Origin: Planctomycetaceae bacterium
Lineage (GTDB): Bacteria > Planctomycetota > UBA8742 > UBA2392 > JABWBM01
NCBI GenBank assembly: GCA_013360495.1
Contig: JABWBM010000011.1
Span: 42 to 64,041 of the forward strand
DNA: 64,000 nt
Reading direction: 5' to 3'
The notes under the pieces are model-generated. The model ran no database searches, was not told where the DNA came from, and was given only the letters and a program-made list of their open reading frames with translations. The translations under genes were made by a program, and so were the position numbers. Below are positions 9,040 to 18,808 of this stretch, piece after piece (the stretch's first letter is position 1; each line of letters starts with the position of its first letter).

Positions 9040-11138
9040 ATGGCGGTTCCCGGCATGGCGGACGCGCCGCGCGGGTCATCGATCAGCCCCTTGGCGTAGA
9101 GGTAACGGCGCACCAGCGTCGACTCAATCCACGAGAACATGATGCTGGCCACGAAGTAGAGCACGAAACCCGCCGGGAGCGCGTAGAAGAAGAGGATCAT
9201 CAAGGGGTTCATGATCCAGGTCATCATCACCTGCATCTGGCGCTGTTGGGGGTCGGTGGCCTTCGGCGTGCGGCTCTGCATGATGAACATCATCGCACCC
9301 CAGATCAGCGGGAGAATGTTGAGCGTGACATAGCCATGGAAGCTGATGCCGATGAAGGTGCTCTCGATCGCGCCGTAGATGGCGTCGGGGCGCGAGAGGT
9401 CGTTGATCCACAGGAACGATTCGTGATGCAAGAGGAATGAGTGGCGCAGCGAATTGTAGAGCGCGATGAAGATCGGGAATTGCAGGAGCAGCGGGAGGCA
9501 GCCGCCAAGCGGAAAGAAGCTCGCGCCCGCGGCTTTCATCGCGGCGCGGGTTTCCTGGAACATTAACATTTGCGCTTCGCGGCTCTTATCGTTCTTGTAC
9601 TTCTCCTTGATCTCGTCGATCTTGGGCTTGATCTTCTTCATTCTCGCGCCGTGAATCTGCATGGACATCTGGCCCTTGACCGAGAGCGGCGACATGCACA
9701 GACGCACGATGATGGTGAGCAGGATGATGGCGATGCCGACGCTGTTGGTGGTGTCTTTCAGCCAGCGCAGCAGCCACGTGATCGGCCCGGAAATCACCAG
9801 CGGCCAGCCGGTGGGGACGAGCTCGGTCCATGAAATCTTCTCGTCGTGTCCGGCAGGCCAGCCGGCGGCGAGCGCGGGTTCGATGTATTTCTCGCTGTTC
9901 GGGCCGACGTAGAGGGCGGCGCGGCGTTTCAGCGGCTCAGCGCCGGGGGCGATCTGGGTCTCGGGGAAGTTGAACGTGACACAGGTGTAGAATTCCTCGA
10001 GGGCTGCCTTCCGGGCGATGCGGTCCGGGCGCTCGACGACGTCCGCGCCCGCGCGCCCTTCAAACTCCGGAAGATAATCCATGCCGATGGCGGCGATGAA
10101 GTAACCGTTGGTCAGGCCGGCGAGGAGCAGCTCCCTTTCGGGATCTGGTTCAAACAGCTTGTGGAAGGGGACGGACGTCGTCCGGCCAGCCTTGCCCTGT
10201 TCGCGCAGTTCTTCGTCGATTTCGGCCATGGCGCCAGCGGCGTCGACGAACATGCGATGGTCGCCGGAGTAGGAGAGTCCTCCGCCGGATTGATAGAGGG
10301 CGACGATGCCAGTGTTGGTGTTCTCGAGCATGGATTCGCGGAACTCTTTGAAATTTTCGGCAATGCCGACCGGGCCATAGAGGAAGAGCTGCGGCGACGC
10401 TTGCTCCGCTCCGGAGTTGCGTACTTCGAGTTCGCAGACAACCTTGTGCGCGCCATAGATGAGGAAACGTTTGGCGATGCTGACGCCACGCGAGTCGGCT
10501 GGGGAGGTGAAGGTCAGCTCGGTATGGTCGCTATGGACGACGGGGCCGCTCGTCTCCCAGCGGACGGCGTTTCGCCATGCTTCGCTTCCGGCGAAGCCGA
10601 AGGTTGATGGTAGCGAATCGTCCCAATAGCCCGCGAACTCCGCGCTCGCCGGGTCGTACAGCTCGGGTTTGCGATCGGCGAACTCTTCTTTGAGGTGCTG
10701 GTGGCTCAGGAGTTGAAGCGGGTGATTAGGCGACTCCATCGGGTGGAGTGGCGTGCGCGCGAAGGTGATCTTCCCGTCCTTGTCGACGAAGCGCAGGATG
10801 GAGAGCACGGCGCCGCGGTCGCAGAAGACGGCGGTGTAGGACTCGTTCGCGACGGTGATGAAACGCGAGTCTTTGTAGGAAATGGTTGACGCATCCGCCG
10901 GAGGCGCCGGCGCAGGCTGTGTCTCTGTGATGGATGGGGGAGTGAGGTTTTCGAGTACCGGTGGAGTTTCGGACTTCGAGGCTGGAGGATTTTCGTTTGT
11001 GACAGGGGGCTGCGGCTTGTCAGCAGGCTTTTCGATCAACGATTCAAAATAGGAAAGGGAAGCGAAGAGCGCGCCCACGAGCAGAGCCGTCACCACCAGC
11101 GTGATCTTGGCGTACGAGCGTTTGATGTCCTGTGCCAT
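9036..11138 (-). CDS. yidC: membrane protein insertase YidC, extended to 700 aa
   Basis: Conserved C-terminal core (IILLTIIVRL...GGCLPLLLQFPIFIALYNSL...PAGFVLYFVASIMFSWIE). N-terminal TM plus a long periplasmic region. Confidence 0.9.
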   Translation of the reverse strand: MAQDIKRSYAKITLVVTALLVGALFASLSYFESLIEKPADKPQPPVTNENPPASKSETPPVLENLTPPSITETQPAPAPPADASTISYKDSRFITVANESYTAVFCDRGAVLSILRFVDKDGKITFARTPLHPMESPNHPLQLLSHQHLKEEFADRKPELYDPASAEFAGYWDDSLPSTFGFAGSEAWRNAVRWETSGPVVHSDHTELTFTSPADSRGVSIAKRFLIYGAHKVVCELEVRNSGAEQASPQLFLYGPVGIAENFKEFRESMLENTNTGIVALYQSGGGLSYSGDHRMFVDAAGAMAEIDEELREQGKAGRTTSVPFHKLFEPDPERELLLAGLTNGYFIAAIGMDYLPEFEGRAGADVVERPDRIARKAALEEFYTCVTFNFPETQIAPGAEPLKRRAALYVGPNSEKYIEPALAAGWPAGHDEKISWTELVPTGWPLVISGPITWLLRWLKDTTNSVGIAIILLTIIVRLCMSPLSVKGQMSMQIHGARMKKIKPKIDEIKEKYKNDKSREAQMLMFQETRAAMKAAGASFFPLGGCLPLLLQFPIFIALYNSLRHSFLLHHESFLWINDLSRPDAIYGAIESTFIGISFHGYVTLNILPLIWGAMMFIMQSRTPKATDPQQRQMQVMMTWIMNPLMILFFYALPAGFVLYFVASIMFSWIESTLVRRYLYAKGLIDDPRGASAMPGTAM

Positions 11139-11318
11139 GGGGCCTTTGCGGTAGAGACGTCACCAAAAGACAGGGCTGTATAGGCCAGCGCGTAGCCAAA
11201 ATCAAGCGTGGCGTGGGCGGTTTGTTTTTCCCGAAACCCGGCTATACTTTTCATGTGGCAGCGCCGTCACGCCGGGGCGCGGGGCTTCACGATCCATGAC
11301 GGGCAATGAGGCAGAAAG

Positions 11319-11531
11319 ATGAAGATTACCTGGACCGATACGGAGGAGATCGCGCTGCAATTGCTCGAGCGCTACCCCGACGTCGACCCGCTCAAGGTGC
11401 GCTTCACGGACTTGTACCTTTGGGTAACGCAACTCGACGGGTTCACGGGCGACACGACGCCCGGAGCGTCGAAAGAGAAAATCCTCGAAGCCATTCAGAT
11501 GGCTTGGTACGAGGAAAAGAACGATCATTAA
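11319..11531 (+). CDS. iscX: Fe-S cluster assembly protein IscX
   Basis: 70 aa. ITWTDTEEIALQLLERYPDVDPLKVRFTDLYLWV matches the IscX/YfhJ signature ([33 protein letters not shown]). Confidence 0.7.
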   Translation: MKITWTDTEEIALQLLERYPDVDPLKVRFTDLYLWVTQLDGFTGDTTPGASKEKILEAIQMAWYEEKNDH

Positions 11532-11554
11532 AACACGCCGCCGCCGGACGGTAA

Positions 11555-11977
11555 TTATTGCCCGGCGCCCTTCGAAAGATATGCGCGATAACGTTGGGAC
11601 GCTGTCGCGTTGAGGTTGAAGCGAACGTCAACATTATCTTTCACGGGATCGAGCAAGAGCTTGCGTGTTCCCGTAGGTTCGATCAACTCCCGCACAAGCC
11701 CTTGGGTAAGCTCGCTGGCGCTCTTGTTGTTTTGTAAGGAAGCCGCTTGAATACCCTGAACAACGGCGTCGGCGCCACGGAGCTGACTGGAAAGCACTGT
11801 GCTTTCCGCTTTGTTCTTTGAGGGAATCGTCTCGCGCATTTCACGAAGCTGGGCGGAAATCTCGATCGAACTGGTGGCAGCGTTTATGGCATTGACAGGC
11901 ATGGTGTTCCTCCGTGTTCGCAGTCCTGTGCCATCCGATGGCGGCGCAATTGTAATGTTTGAACACAGGGGAGACAA
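11555..11977 (-). CDS. hypothetical protein
   Basis: ORF only. The start is uncertain, possibly the internal MPVNAI. No recognisable motif. Confidence 0.3.
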   Translation of the reverse strand: MSPLCSNITIAPPSDGTGLRTRRNTMPVNAINAATSSIEISAQLREMRETIPSKNKAESTVLSSQLRGADAVVQGIQAASLQNNKSASELTQGLVRELIEPTGTRKLLLDPVKDNVDVRFNLNATASQRYRAYLSKGAGQ

Positions 11978-12044
11978 TAAAACCTATAAAAAAATCCTAA
12001 AAAACCCGCACGGTGTGGGTCGATTATGCGCCGAACTTCCTGTG

Positions 12045-12074
12045 TTGACCCCCTCCTTTCCCTTCGGGTATGAT
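12045..12074 (+). promoter_or_regulatory. candidate sigma-70 promoter (TTGACC-18 nt-TATGAT) upstream of the Rrf2 regulator gene
   Basis: ttgacc at 12045-12050 and tatgat at 12069-12074. This is a sequence match only. Confidence 0.25.
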
Positions 12075-12214
12075 GTTCTTTGCATTTAAGGCCGTTGAAA
12101 AGCGGCCTGATATCGGGACCATGGATGGTTCGGCGTTTCGCGAGGCGTGAGGCAAGCACGCAAAGCGTGCGTTGCGCCGGGCGCTACCGAGCAACACCCT
12201 GTTATGGCGTTTTT

Positions 12215-12682
12215 TTGCAATCGAAAGGGCTTCCCATCTTTTCCCGGAAAAGCGATTACGGCCTGCGCGCGCTGATCTATCTCGCCGAACATCGTGAGCA
12301 AGGCCCGATTACGCTCAATGAAATTGCCGAGGAACTGGACATTCCGAAGGCTTTTTTGTCCAAAATCCTCCAGCAGCTTTGCCATAACAGCATCGTCAAG
12401 AGCCTCAAGGGACCGAGCGGCGGCTTCGTCCTTGCCCGCGAGCCGCAGCAATTGACCATGGGCGAGATCGTCAAGGAAATCGACGGCCCGCTCAACGTCT
12501 TTGAATGTTTCTCCAGTTCCCACGACCCTTGTACCCACCACGGCAACTGCAAGATCCTTGCCGTCTTTGATAACGTCGGGCGCGAGGTGGAGCGCGTGCT
12601 CGGCAGCGTCAAGCTTTCCGATATGCTTTCGGAAGCCTGCGCGAAGCAGGGGTGCGCCGGCGCCGCGACCTGCAAGCCATAG
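12215..12682 (+). CDS. Rrf2-family transcriptional regulator with three-Cys Fe-S ligand cluster (IscR/NsrR-like)
   Basis: SRKSDYGLRALIYLAEH wHTH N-terminus and a C-x7-C-x5-C cluster (ECFSSSHDPCTHHGNCK). Likely TTG start at 12215, because there is no ATG or GTG upstream of the HTH. Confidence 0.65.
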   Translation: MQSKGLPIFSRKSDYGLRALIYLAEHREQGPITLNEIAEELDIPKAFLSKILQQLCHNSIVKSLKGPSGGFVLAREPQQLTMGEIVKEIDGPLNVFECFSSSHDPCTHHGNCKILAVFDNVGREVERVLGSVKLSDMLSEACAKQGCAGAATCKP

Positions 12683-12786
12683 GAAGAACAAGCCGTGCTA
12701 AGTGCAACGTGCAAAGTGCGGGGGAAGATATTTTCTTCGTCGTCGCACATTGCACTCTGCACCTTGCACTCTTTATAAGGCAACCC

Positions 12787-13269
12787 ATGAGCGACGCATC
12801 AGGCATCGACGTGCTCGGGCGCACGCCTTCGGGGCTTTTCATCGTTACCCATGCGGGAGAGCGCCAGAACCACGGCTTTCTCGCGAGCTGGGTGATGCAG
12901 TGCGGCTTTCATCCGCCGACGATCACCATCGCCATCAAGCAGGACAGACCCATCCTGCGCGACCTCAAGCCCGGTAAAATTCTCTGCGTGAATCTTCTTG
13001 GCAAAGACGACACGGGCAAGAAGCTCATGGGCGCATTCGCGCGCGGCTTCGGCATCGGGGAAGACGCCTTCGCGGGTCAGGCCATGGCCGAGTCGCCGAA
13101 CAAGGGCCGCTATCTCACCGATGCCCTTGGATATATGGAATGCAAGATGACGCGGCTTCTCGAGCCAAGCACCGAGCATAACCTCGTCGTTGCTCAAGTG
13201 ACTGGCGGGAATATGTTGGGCGACGGCGAGCCTTGGGTGCATATCCGCAAGTCCGGCGCGAACTATTGA
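12787..13269 (+). CDS. flavin reductase-like (FMN-binding split-barrel) protein
   Basis: LFIVTHAGERQNHGFLASWVMQCGFHPPTITIAIKQD is typical of HpaC/flavin reductase-like domains. Confidence 0.6.
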   Translation: MSDASGIDVLGRTPSGLFIVTHAGERQNHGFLASWVMQCGFHPPTITIAIKQDRPILRDLKPGKILCVNLLGKDDTGKKLMGAFARGFGIGEDAFAGQAMAESPNKGRYLTDALGYMECKMTRLLEPSTEHNLVVAQVTGGNMLGDGEPWVHIRKSGANY

Positions 13270-13308
13270 CCGGCTCCGCGTTCCCAATTCATCACGCATG
13301 AACGCGCT

Positions 13309-13782
13309 TTACCGGGCTTTGGCTTGACGGCGGGCATCGTAGCGCGCTTTTGCTTCCGCGTTGAGCGCACGGTCTTCGGCGGTTTCAAGTTCGACGGGAG
13401 GGACCGGGACCGATTGGTTGTCGCTATCGATGGCGACAAAGGTGAAGTAGGCGCGGCACACTTCCTTGAGGTCGCCCGACACATGATCCTCCCGCACGGC
13501 GGTGCAGAGCAACTCCATCGAACTGCGCGCCGTGAAGTGCAGCCGTGAACGCAGCGTGACGATGTTCCCCATACGCACCGGGGCGAGAAAGCTTACGTCG
13601 GATATGCTGACGGTGACGCAGCCGCGCTTTGAATGGCGCATGGCGGTGATGGCGGCGCAATTGTCCATCAGCGAGAGCATCTTCCCGCCGAAGAGGCTTC
13701 CGTGCATGTTGAGATCTTCCGAGCGGATGATGTGCGTGAGAATCGCTTCGGATGCGCTCGCCTTAACCGGTGTCATGTTCAT
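13309..13782 (-). CDS. acyl-CoA thioesterase (hotdog fold, YciA-like)
   Basis: MHGSLFGGKMLSLMDNCAAITAMRH...CVTVSISDVSFLAPVRMGNIV pattern. Confidence 0.65.
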   Translation of the reverse strand: MNMTPVKASASEAILTHIIRSEDLNMHGSLFGGKMLSLMDNCAAITAMRHSKRGCVTVSISDVSFLAPVRMGNIVTLRSRLHFTARSSMELLCTAVREDHVSGDLKEVCRAYFTFVAIDSDNQSVPVPPVELETAEDRALNAEAKARYDARRQAKAR

Positions 13783-13806
13783 AAGAGTGTTTCGCTTTTG
13801 TCTTCC

Positions 13807-13925
13807 GTAGCGTCACGGCTATGCCGTGACGTCTTGCTCTATTCGAAAGCCGCCACAGCAAGCCGTGGTGTCACGGAAAATGTCTATCAAACGTTTGTCC
13901 GTCACGCCATAGGCGTGACGCTACA
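13807..13925. repeat. MITE-like element family C
   Basis: gtagcgtcacggctatgccgtgacgtcttg ... gtcacgccataggcgtgacgctaca. The terminal gctaca overlaps the trmB stop codon. Confidence 0.8.
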
Positions 13926-14541
13926 TTCGCTTCGTTCGGCATACCATCTTATGGATCGTGCGCCCCTCTTGCCGGTACTTCACTTCGTAATTGGTGACGC
14001 CCTCGGGGGCTTCGCTGCCGGCATGGCGTTCGATCACCTCGATCTGTTTGTGCCCGTTCATCACCGCCTCCATCTGCGCGAAGTAATCCGCGTGGTCAGT
14101 GGCGAGGTGGATCAGGCTATCGTCTTTCAATGCTTTCACCGCCAGATCGACGAAGGCGGGCTGGATCAGGCGGCGTTTCCTCTGCCGGGTCTTGGGCCAA
14201 GGATCGGGGAAGTAGACGTGCAGGGCGCTCAAGGACTGCGGCGCCAGCGCGAGCTTGAACGTATGCAGCGCGTCATCGCGCAGGAAGCGGATATTGGTGA
14301 GTGCACGCTTTCCTGCGCGCTCCATGGCCATCAAATGATAGGCCCGCGCCCACTCGATCCCGACGAAATTCGTGCCGGGCCGGGTCTCGGCTGACTGGAT
14401 CAGAAAGCGTCCTTTGCCGATGCCCACTTCCAGCTCGACGGGATGAGTGTTTCCGAAGATCGCCCCGAAGTCGTAAGGCGTTTCTTGGATCGGCAATTCA
14501 AGCTGTGCGGCAGTCGCGCTCACTCTGTTACTCCAGCTCAA
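13921..14541 (-). CDS. trmB: tRNA (guanine46-N7)-methyltransferase TrmB
   Basis: SAM-MTase motifs with FPDPWPKTRQRKRR (compare FPDPWPKKRHHKRR). Confidence 0.85.
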   Translation of the reverse strand: MSWSNRVSATAAQLELPIQETPYDFGAIFGNTHPVELEVGIGKGRFLIQSAETRPGTNFVGIEWARAYHLMAMERAGKRALTNIRFLRDDALHTFKLALAPQSLSALHVYFPDPWPKTRQRKRRLIQPAFVDLAVKALKDDSLIHLATDHADYFAQMEAVMNGHKQIEVIERHAGSEAPEGVTNYEVKYRQEGRTIHKMVCRTKRM

Positions 14542-14543
14542 GA

Positions 14544-14693
14544 TTTTACCACGGGGGACGCGGGGATCACGGGGAACGAAATGGACTTGAATGTTCTGTC
14601 CATTCTGAAATTGTTCTATGGTTGTTGATCCGAAGAAGTCTTTTTATCGCTCGTGTTTCCCCCCGTGCTGCCCCGTGTTCCCCGTGGTGAGAA
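14544..14693. repeat. MITE-like element family B (TTCACCACGGGG... terminal inverted repeats)
   Basis: ttaccacgggggacgcggggatcacggggaacg ... ccccccgtgctgccccgtgttccccgtggtga. Confidence 0.7.
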
Positions 14694-14939
14694 CTCTTTC
14701 ATTCGGAGCGCTTGCTCGCGTTCGACGCGCTTGCGGATACTCGCCTCGCTCTCCGGCCAGTAGCGCATGAACACTCCGGCCACCACCAGCGCGAGGCCCG
14801 CGAAGCACCCCACCAACGCAAGGGCTTGGTGCGTGTCCGGGTCGTCCTGTTGCCCCGGAAGAAAGAGCACCAGCAAGCCAACCATCGAAAGAAAGTATCC
14901 CCCGATGCGCAGCAGATTGCCTATGGCTGGGCGTCCCAT
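14616..14939 (-). CDS. small membrane protein (hypothetical); its 3' end runs into the MITE-B copy
   Basis: Two predicted TM helices. The C-terminal ~25 codons are encoded by the repeat. Confidence 0.35.
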   Translation of the reverse strand: MGRPAIGNLLRIGGYFLSMVGLLVLFLPGQQDDPDTHQALALVGCFAGLALVVAGVFMRYWPESEASIRKRVEREQALRMKEFSPRGTRGSTGGNTSDKKTSSDQQP

Positions 14940-17900
14940 GATGCTCCCTCGACTTTACTCCCTGTACCCGCCGGGAAGAAGAGCGCCCGGCAGAATTCCC
15001 GCGCGCGCTCCGCGAGCACATAGAAGAGCGGCAACGCTATTAACGTCAAGAGCGTCGAAAGGATCATTCCGCCGAGGATCGCCCGCCCGAGCGGATAGTA
15101 GGGTCTCCCGACGAACTCCGCCGAACCAATCGCCATCGGCACGATCCCGAGCGCCGTGGTCAGGCTCGTCATCAGGATCGGGCGGATGCGCTGCTCGCCT
15201 GCTTCCTTCAATGCCTCGGCCATCGGTTTGCCCTCGGAGCGCAAGCGGTTCACGAGATCGACGAGCACGATCCCATTGTTCACCGACACGCCGATCAGGA
15301 TGATCAGGCCAAGGTAGCACATCTGGTCGAGCAGCGTGTCCGTCAATAGCAGCGACCACAGCGTCCCCGCGATCGCGCCCGGCACGCACGCGAGAATTAC
15401 CACCAGCGGCAGCACGAACGACTCGAACAGGAACCCCATCACGAACGCCAGCACCAGCACCGTCGCGGCTGCCGCCGTCACGCTCAAGGGTGACTCGTTG
15501 CCGAGCCGCATGCGGCTTCGTCCACCACCGCCGCTGAACCCTGACGACGCCACCTCGACGGCATAGCCTGCGGGAAGCTCCAGCCCGGCGAGGGTATCGC
15601 GCACGCGCTCGGTCACTTCGAAAATCGGGTCGTCGGTCTGGGCGTTGACGGTGAGCGTCGTCTGGCGGTCGAGCCTGCGGATCTCGCCGACGCCGCCCCG
15701 TTCGACGGGATCGGGGATGGTCACGGCGCTGACGGGTACCTGCGTTTCGCCCGCCGCCGGAACCATCACCTGCTGGGCATCCTCGATGATCGCGCGGCGC
15801 GTCTCCCCGCTGCGGCTCTGCGGGTCGTCAAGCACCACTTGAATCGGGCGCGTGATGCCGGGGGCGATATAGTCTTCGATGCGCGTGCCATTGATCTGGA
15901 AGCTCACCACGCGGGCGAGGTCGGCGGGACGAACGCCCATCGCCGCTGCGCGCTTCTCGTCAACCGCGAGGACGAGCTCCTGAAAGGGCGAGCTTTCCAT
16001 GTCCTCTTCGACGCTCTCGAGGCCGCGCAGGCGCGAGAGCGCGCGGATCACCTCGCCCGAAAGTTCTTTCAAGCGCGAGAATTCCTTGCCGCGAAGTTGC
16101 ACGCGGATGGTTGAGCGTCCGCTTGCGCCGCCCGAAAGCCGTAGTCCCGGCGTCTCGGGGAATGCCTCGCGAATGGCGTCTTCCAGCTCCTTGGCCTCGT
16201 CGATGCGCGACGAATCGAGCGTCAGCCACAGGCGAATCGATGACGACGACAGATTCAGCGTTCCGCGCTCGATGCCGAAGCGCTCCCACGCCGCTTGCTG
16301 TGCGCGTTGATCTGTCGAACCGTCGGGATCGATCCCGAGAAAGATGCGCCGTAGATCGAGAAAGTACGCCCATTCGCGCGGCATCCCGGTCTTGCCTTCG
16401 AAGCCCGTACCTTGCGGGTCGAGCTTGAGATCGATGGGCGTCGGGAAGTGAACTCTGAAAGAAAGACTCTTCTGATTGCCGGGATTCGACTCGGTGGTCT
16501 TGATCAGTGAGACGCCGGTAAAGACCAGCGCAGCCATGGCAAGCGCGACGATCATCGCGGCCCGCATGGGATGGACGCACGCCCGCGCGATCATCGCGCC
16601 ATAGATACGCTGAAGCCTTGATAGCAGGGGCGTCGCGCTCGATTGATCGTCGCGGCGTGGCAGCAGACGCACGACGAGTGGCGGGATCAGCAAAATTCCA
16701 GCGAATACGCCGAGCGCGATCAGTGCTGGGAACGGGTCGCCCTCATCATCGTCGCCCCCGCGGCCACGCCTCCAGTCACCCCGTCCTGCGCTGCCGCCGA
16801 ATCCCTTGACGATCCGCTTCCATACTTCGGAGATGCTTTCGTGGTCGCCACCTGCCGCGACGAAAGCCCACACGCCGGCGCCGATGCCGATAGCCGCGAG
16901 CGTGAGCCAGCAGAGTTGGCTGGCGCCGCGTCTCGCGAGAAAGCGGTCCACGGCGTCGCCCATCCCGTCGCGAGATGCCATGCCTTCCGGCCTGCCGAAG
17001 AAGACCGAGAGTAATGTTCCTGCAAAGCGCTTTGTCCCCGATGCCGAGAGCAAGCGGTGGCTCAGGCGTTCATATCGTTGACGGGATGCGCTCTCATGCC
17101 CTTTGGCGAAGAGCCGCGAGGTCGCGTGCGGCACCACGAGCAACGCCACGATCACCGAGAAGCCGAGCGAGAGCCAGATCGGCCACGCGAGCCGCGTCAT
17201 GAAGAAGGACATCTCCGGCGATTTGCTGAATACCACGAAGGAGAGCAGCACCGCCACCGTCGTCGATGTGGCGAGCGCGAGCGCCATGCCGACCTCGCCC
17301 GCGCCTCGCACCGAAGCGATGTATGGTTCGCGGTCGGCCGGTATGCGACGGAAGATGTTCTCGCTCACCACAATGGCGTTATCGAGCAGCATCCCGCCCG
17401 CAACCGTGAACCCCATGAGCGTGAGCAGGTTGATCGTCTCGCCCGCGAAGTACATCACCACCAGCGCCATCGTCATGGAGAGCGGGATCGCGAGCGCGAT
17501 CACCAGCGCCAGCCGGATGCTCTTGATGAACGCCAGCAGGCAGAGCACCGCGAGAACTCCGCCAAGCAGCAGCGACGTGAAGAGCGTGTTGAGCTGGGTG
17601 ACAACTTCCGTGCCGTCGTTGCGCCCCACGCGATAGGTAAAACCCGCGAGCGACGGATCCGCGCGAAGCTCCTCGAGCTTCGTCTCGAAGGCCTGGCCGG
17701 CTTCGACGATGTTGGCCGAGCTGGTCTTGTACACCTGCGTCCAGACGCTGCGCCCGCCGTCATAGACGCTTTCGCCCGTGCCACGCTGATAGGTGTAGGC
17801 GTAGCCGCCGACGTTGTAGGCTTCTGACACATCCGCGATGTCGCCGAGCGATATATTGTCGGTCACCGGGAACGCACGGATGTCATCGAGGGAGCGGAAG

Positions 17901-18676
17901 CGCGCGTCCGCGATGATCGACGTGTCCTGCTCGCCGGAATGAATCTTGCCCACGGCCGTCGTGGTGTTGTCGGCTTGCAGCGCATCCAGCAGGCGGTTGA
18001 GGTGAATCTGCGGGTGCGTGGCGATGGCGTCGCGCTTCAAAGCGATACGGTAATAGGGTTGCAGGTCGCCGTTCATCGTGACGTGCGATATGCCGCCTGC
18101 GGCTTCCAATGCCGGAACGATCTGCTGTGCGAGCTTGTCGAAGGGGTTCTCGACCTGCTCGTCCCACGAGATGCTGACGTTGGCGATCGACTCGCTGCCG
18201 TAGGTCCACTGGCGGTAGCGCACCGCGCCGATGTCTGCGCCGATCTTGGTGCGCGCGCGCTCGATCCGGTCGCGCACCTGATCGTAGGCGATGCCGAGGT
18301 CGGAATCCCCACGGAACGCGATCTCGAAGCGCGCTTCACTGCGCGTGCTGACGGAGATCAGCGACTCGATCCCCGGAATGGTGGACAACTCGCCTTCCGC
18401 GATCAGCGTGATGCGCTTCTCGATCTCCTGCGGCGAGAGCACCGTGCGCTGGGCGCGCAGGGGGATCGTCACCGAGAGGCCGCGAACGTCGAGCCCCGTT
18501 GGCATCATCTCGAGCCGGATGCGGCTCTGGGCGATCGCTCCGGTAAGCAGTGTCGCCAGGACCAGGACGGTGAGCGTCACCGGCCGGCGCGCGAAGGCGG
18601 CGACGATGGGATGCTTGCGCGTGACGTCTTGCGCGTCCATGGCGGGAGTGTACCCGGCGTGGGGTACGCCTGCCAC
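14921..18676 (-). CDS. RND (AcrB/HAE1-like) efflux transporter, 1251 aa with an internal ~200-aa insertion
   Basis: 12-TM RND architecture with conserved N-terminal periplasmic porter domain motifs. No adjacent membrane-fusion or outer-membrane partner gene. Confidence 0.8.
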   Translation of the reverse strand: MAGVPHAGYTPAMDAQDVTRKHPIVAAFARRPVTLTVLVLATLLTGAIAQSRIRLEMMPTGLDVRGLSVTIPLRAQRTVLSPQEIEKRITLIAEGELSTIPGIESLISVSTRSEARFEIAFRGDSDLGIAYDQVRDRIERARTKIGADIGAVRYRQWTYGSESIANVSISWDEQVENPFDKLAQQIVPALEAAGGISHVTMNGDLQPYYRIALKRDAIATHPQIHLNRLLDALQADNTTTAVGKIHSGEQDTSIIADARFRSLDDIRAFPVTDNISLGDIADVSEAYNVGGYAYTYQRGTGESVYDGGRSVWTQVYKTSSANIVEAGQAFETKLEELRADPSLAGFTYRVGRNDGTEVVTQLNTLFTSLLLGGVLAVLCLLAFIKSIRLALVIALAIPLSMTMALVVMYFAGETINLLTLMGFTVAGGMLLDNAIVVSENIFRRIPADREPYIASVRGAGEVGMALALATSTTVAVLLSFVVFSKSPEMSFFMTRLAWPIWLSLGFSVIVALLVVPHATSRLFAKGHESASRQRYERLSHRLLSASGTKRFAGTLLSVFFGRPEGMASRDGMGDAVDRFLARRGASQLCWLTLAAIGIGAGVWAFVAAGGDHESISEVWKRIVKGFGGSAGRGDWRRGRGGDDDEGDPFPALIALGVFAGILLIPPLVVRLLPRRDDQSSATPLLSRLQRIYGAMIARACVHPMRAAMIVALAMAALVFTGVSLIKTTESNPGNQKSLSFRVHFPTPIDLKLDPQGTGFEGKTGMPREWAYFLDLRRIFLGIDPDGSTDQRAQQAAWERFGIERGTLNLSSSSIRLWLTLDSSRIDEAKELEDAIREAFPETPGLRLSGGASGRSTIRVQLRGKEFSRLKELSGEVIRALSRLRGLESVEEDMESSPFQELVLAVDEKRAAAMGVRPADLARVVSFQINGTRIEDYIAPGITRPIQVVLDDPQSRSGETRRAIIEDAQQVMVPAAGETQVPVSAVTIPDPVERGGVGEIRRLDRQTTLTVNAQTDDPIFEVTERVRDTLAGLELPAGYAVEVASSGFSGGGGRSRMRLGNESPLSVTAAAATVLVLAFVMGFLFESFVLPLVVILACVPGAIAGTLWSLLLTDTLLDQMCYLGLIILIGVSVNNGIVLVDLVNRLRSEGKPMAEALKEAGEQRIRPILMTSLTTALGIVPMAIGSAEFVGRPYYPLGRAILGGMILSTLLTLIALPLFYVLAERAREFCRALFFPAGTGSKVEGASWDAQP

Positions 18677-18808
18677 GGCTTCAAACCCACGCTATGGACT
18701 GGACTTGGCCTCGTGCAATTCCAATCGAGCCTTTCGAGCCCTCGCCCGTTAATATGGCCGTCAGGATTCGCTGCCGGCGGGAACGAACCGCCGGCAAAGC
18801 AAGGAACC

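Noticed and set aside
11202-11528. 108-aa minus-strand ORF upstream of yidC (where yidD/rnpA might be expected)
   Set aside because: No similarity to YidD or RnpA. The plus-strand iscX reading on the same DNA is a strong family match.
17939-18808. Long plus-strand ORF (470 aa) overlapping the RND transporter
   Set aside because: Only the last 180 codons (18809-19351) encode the ECF sigma factor. The upstream part is antisense to the RND gene.
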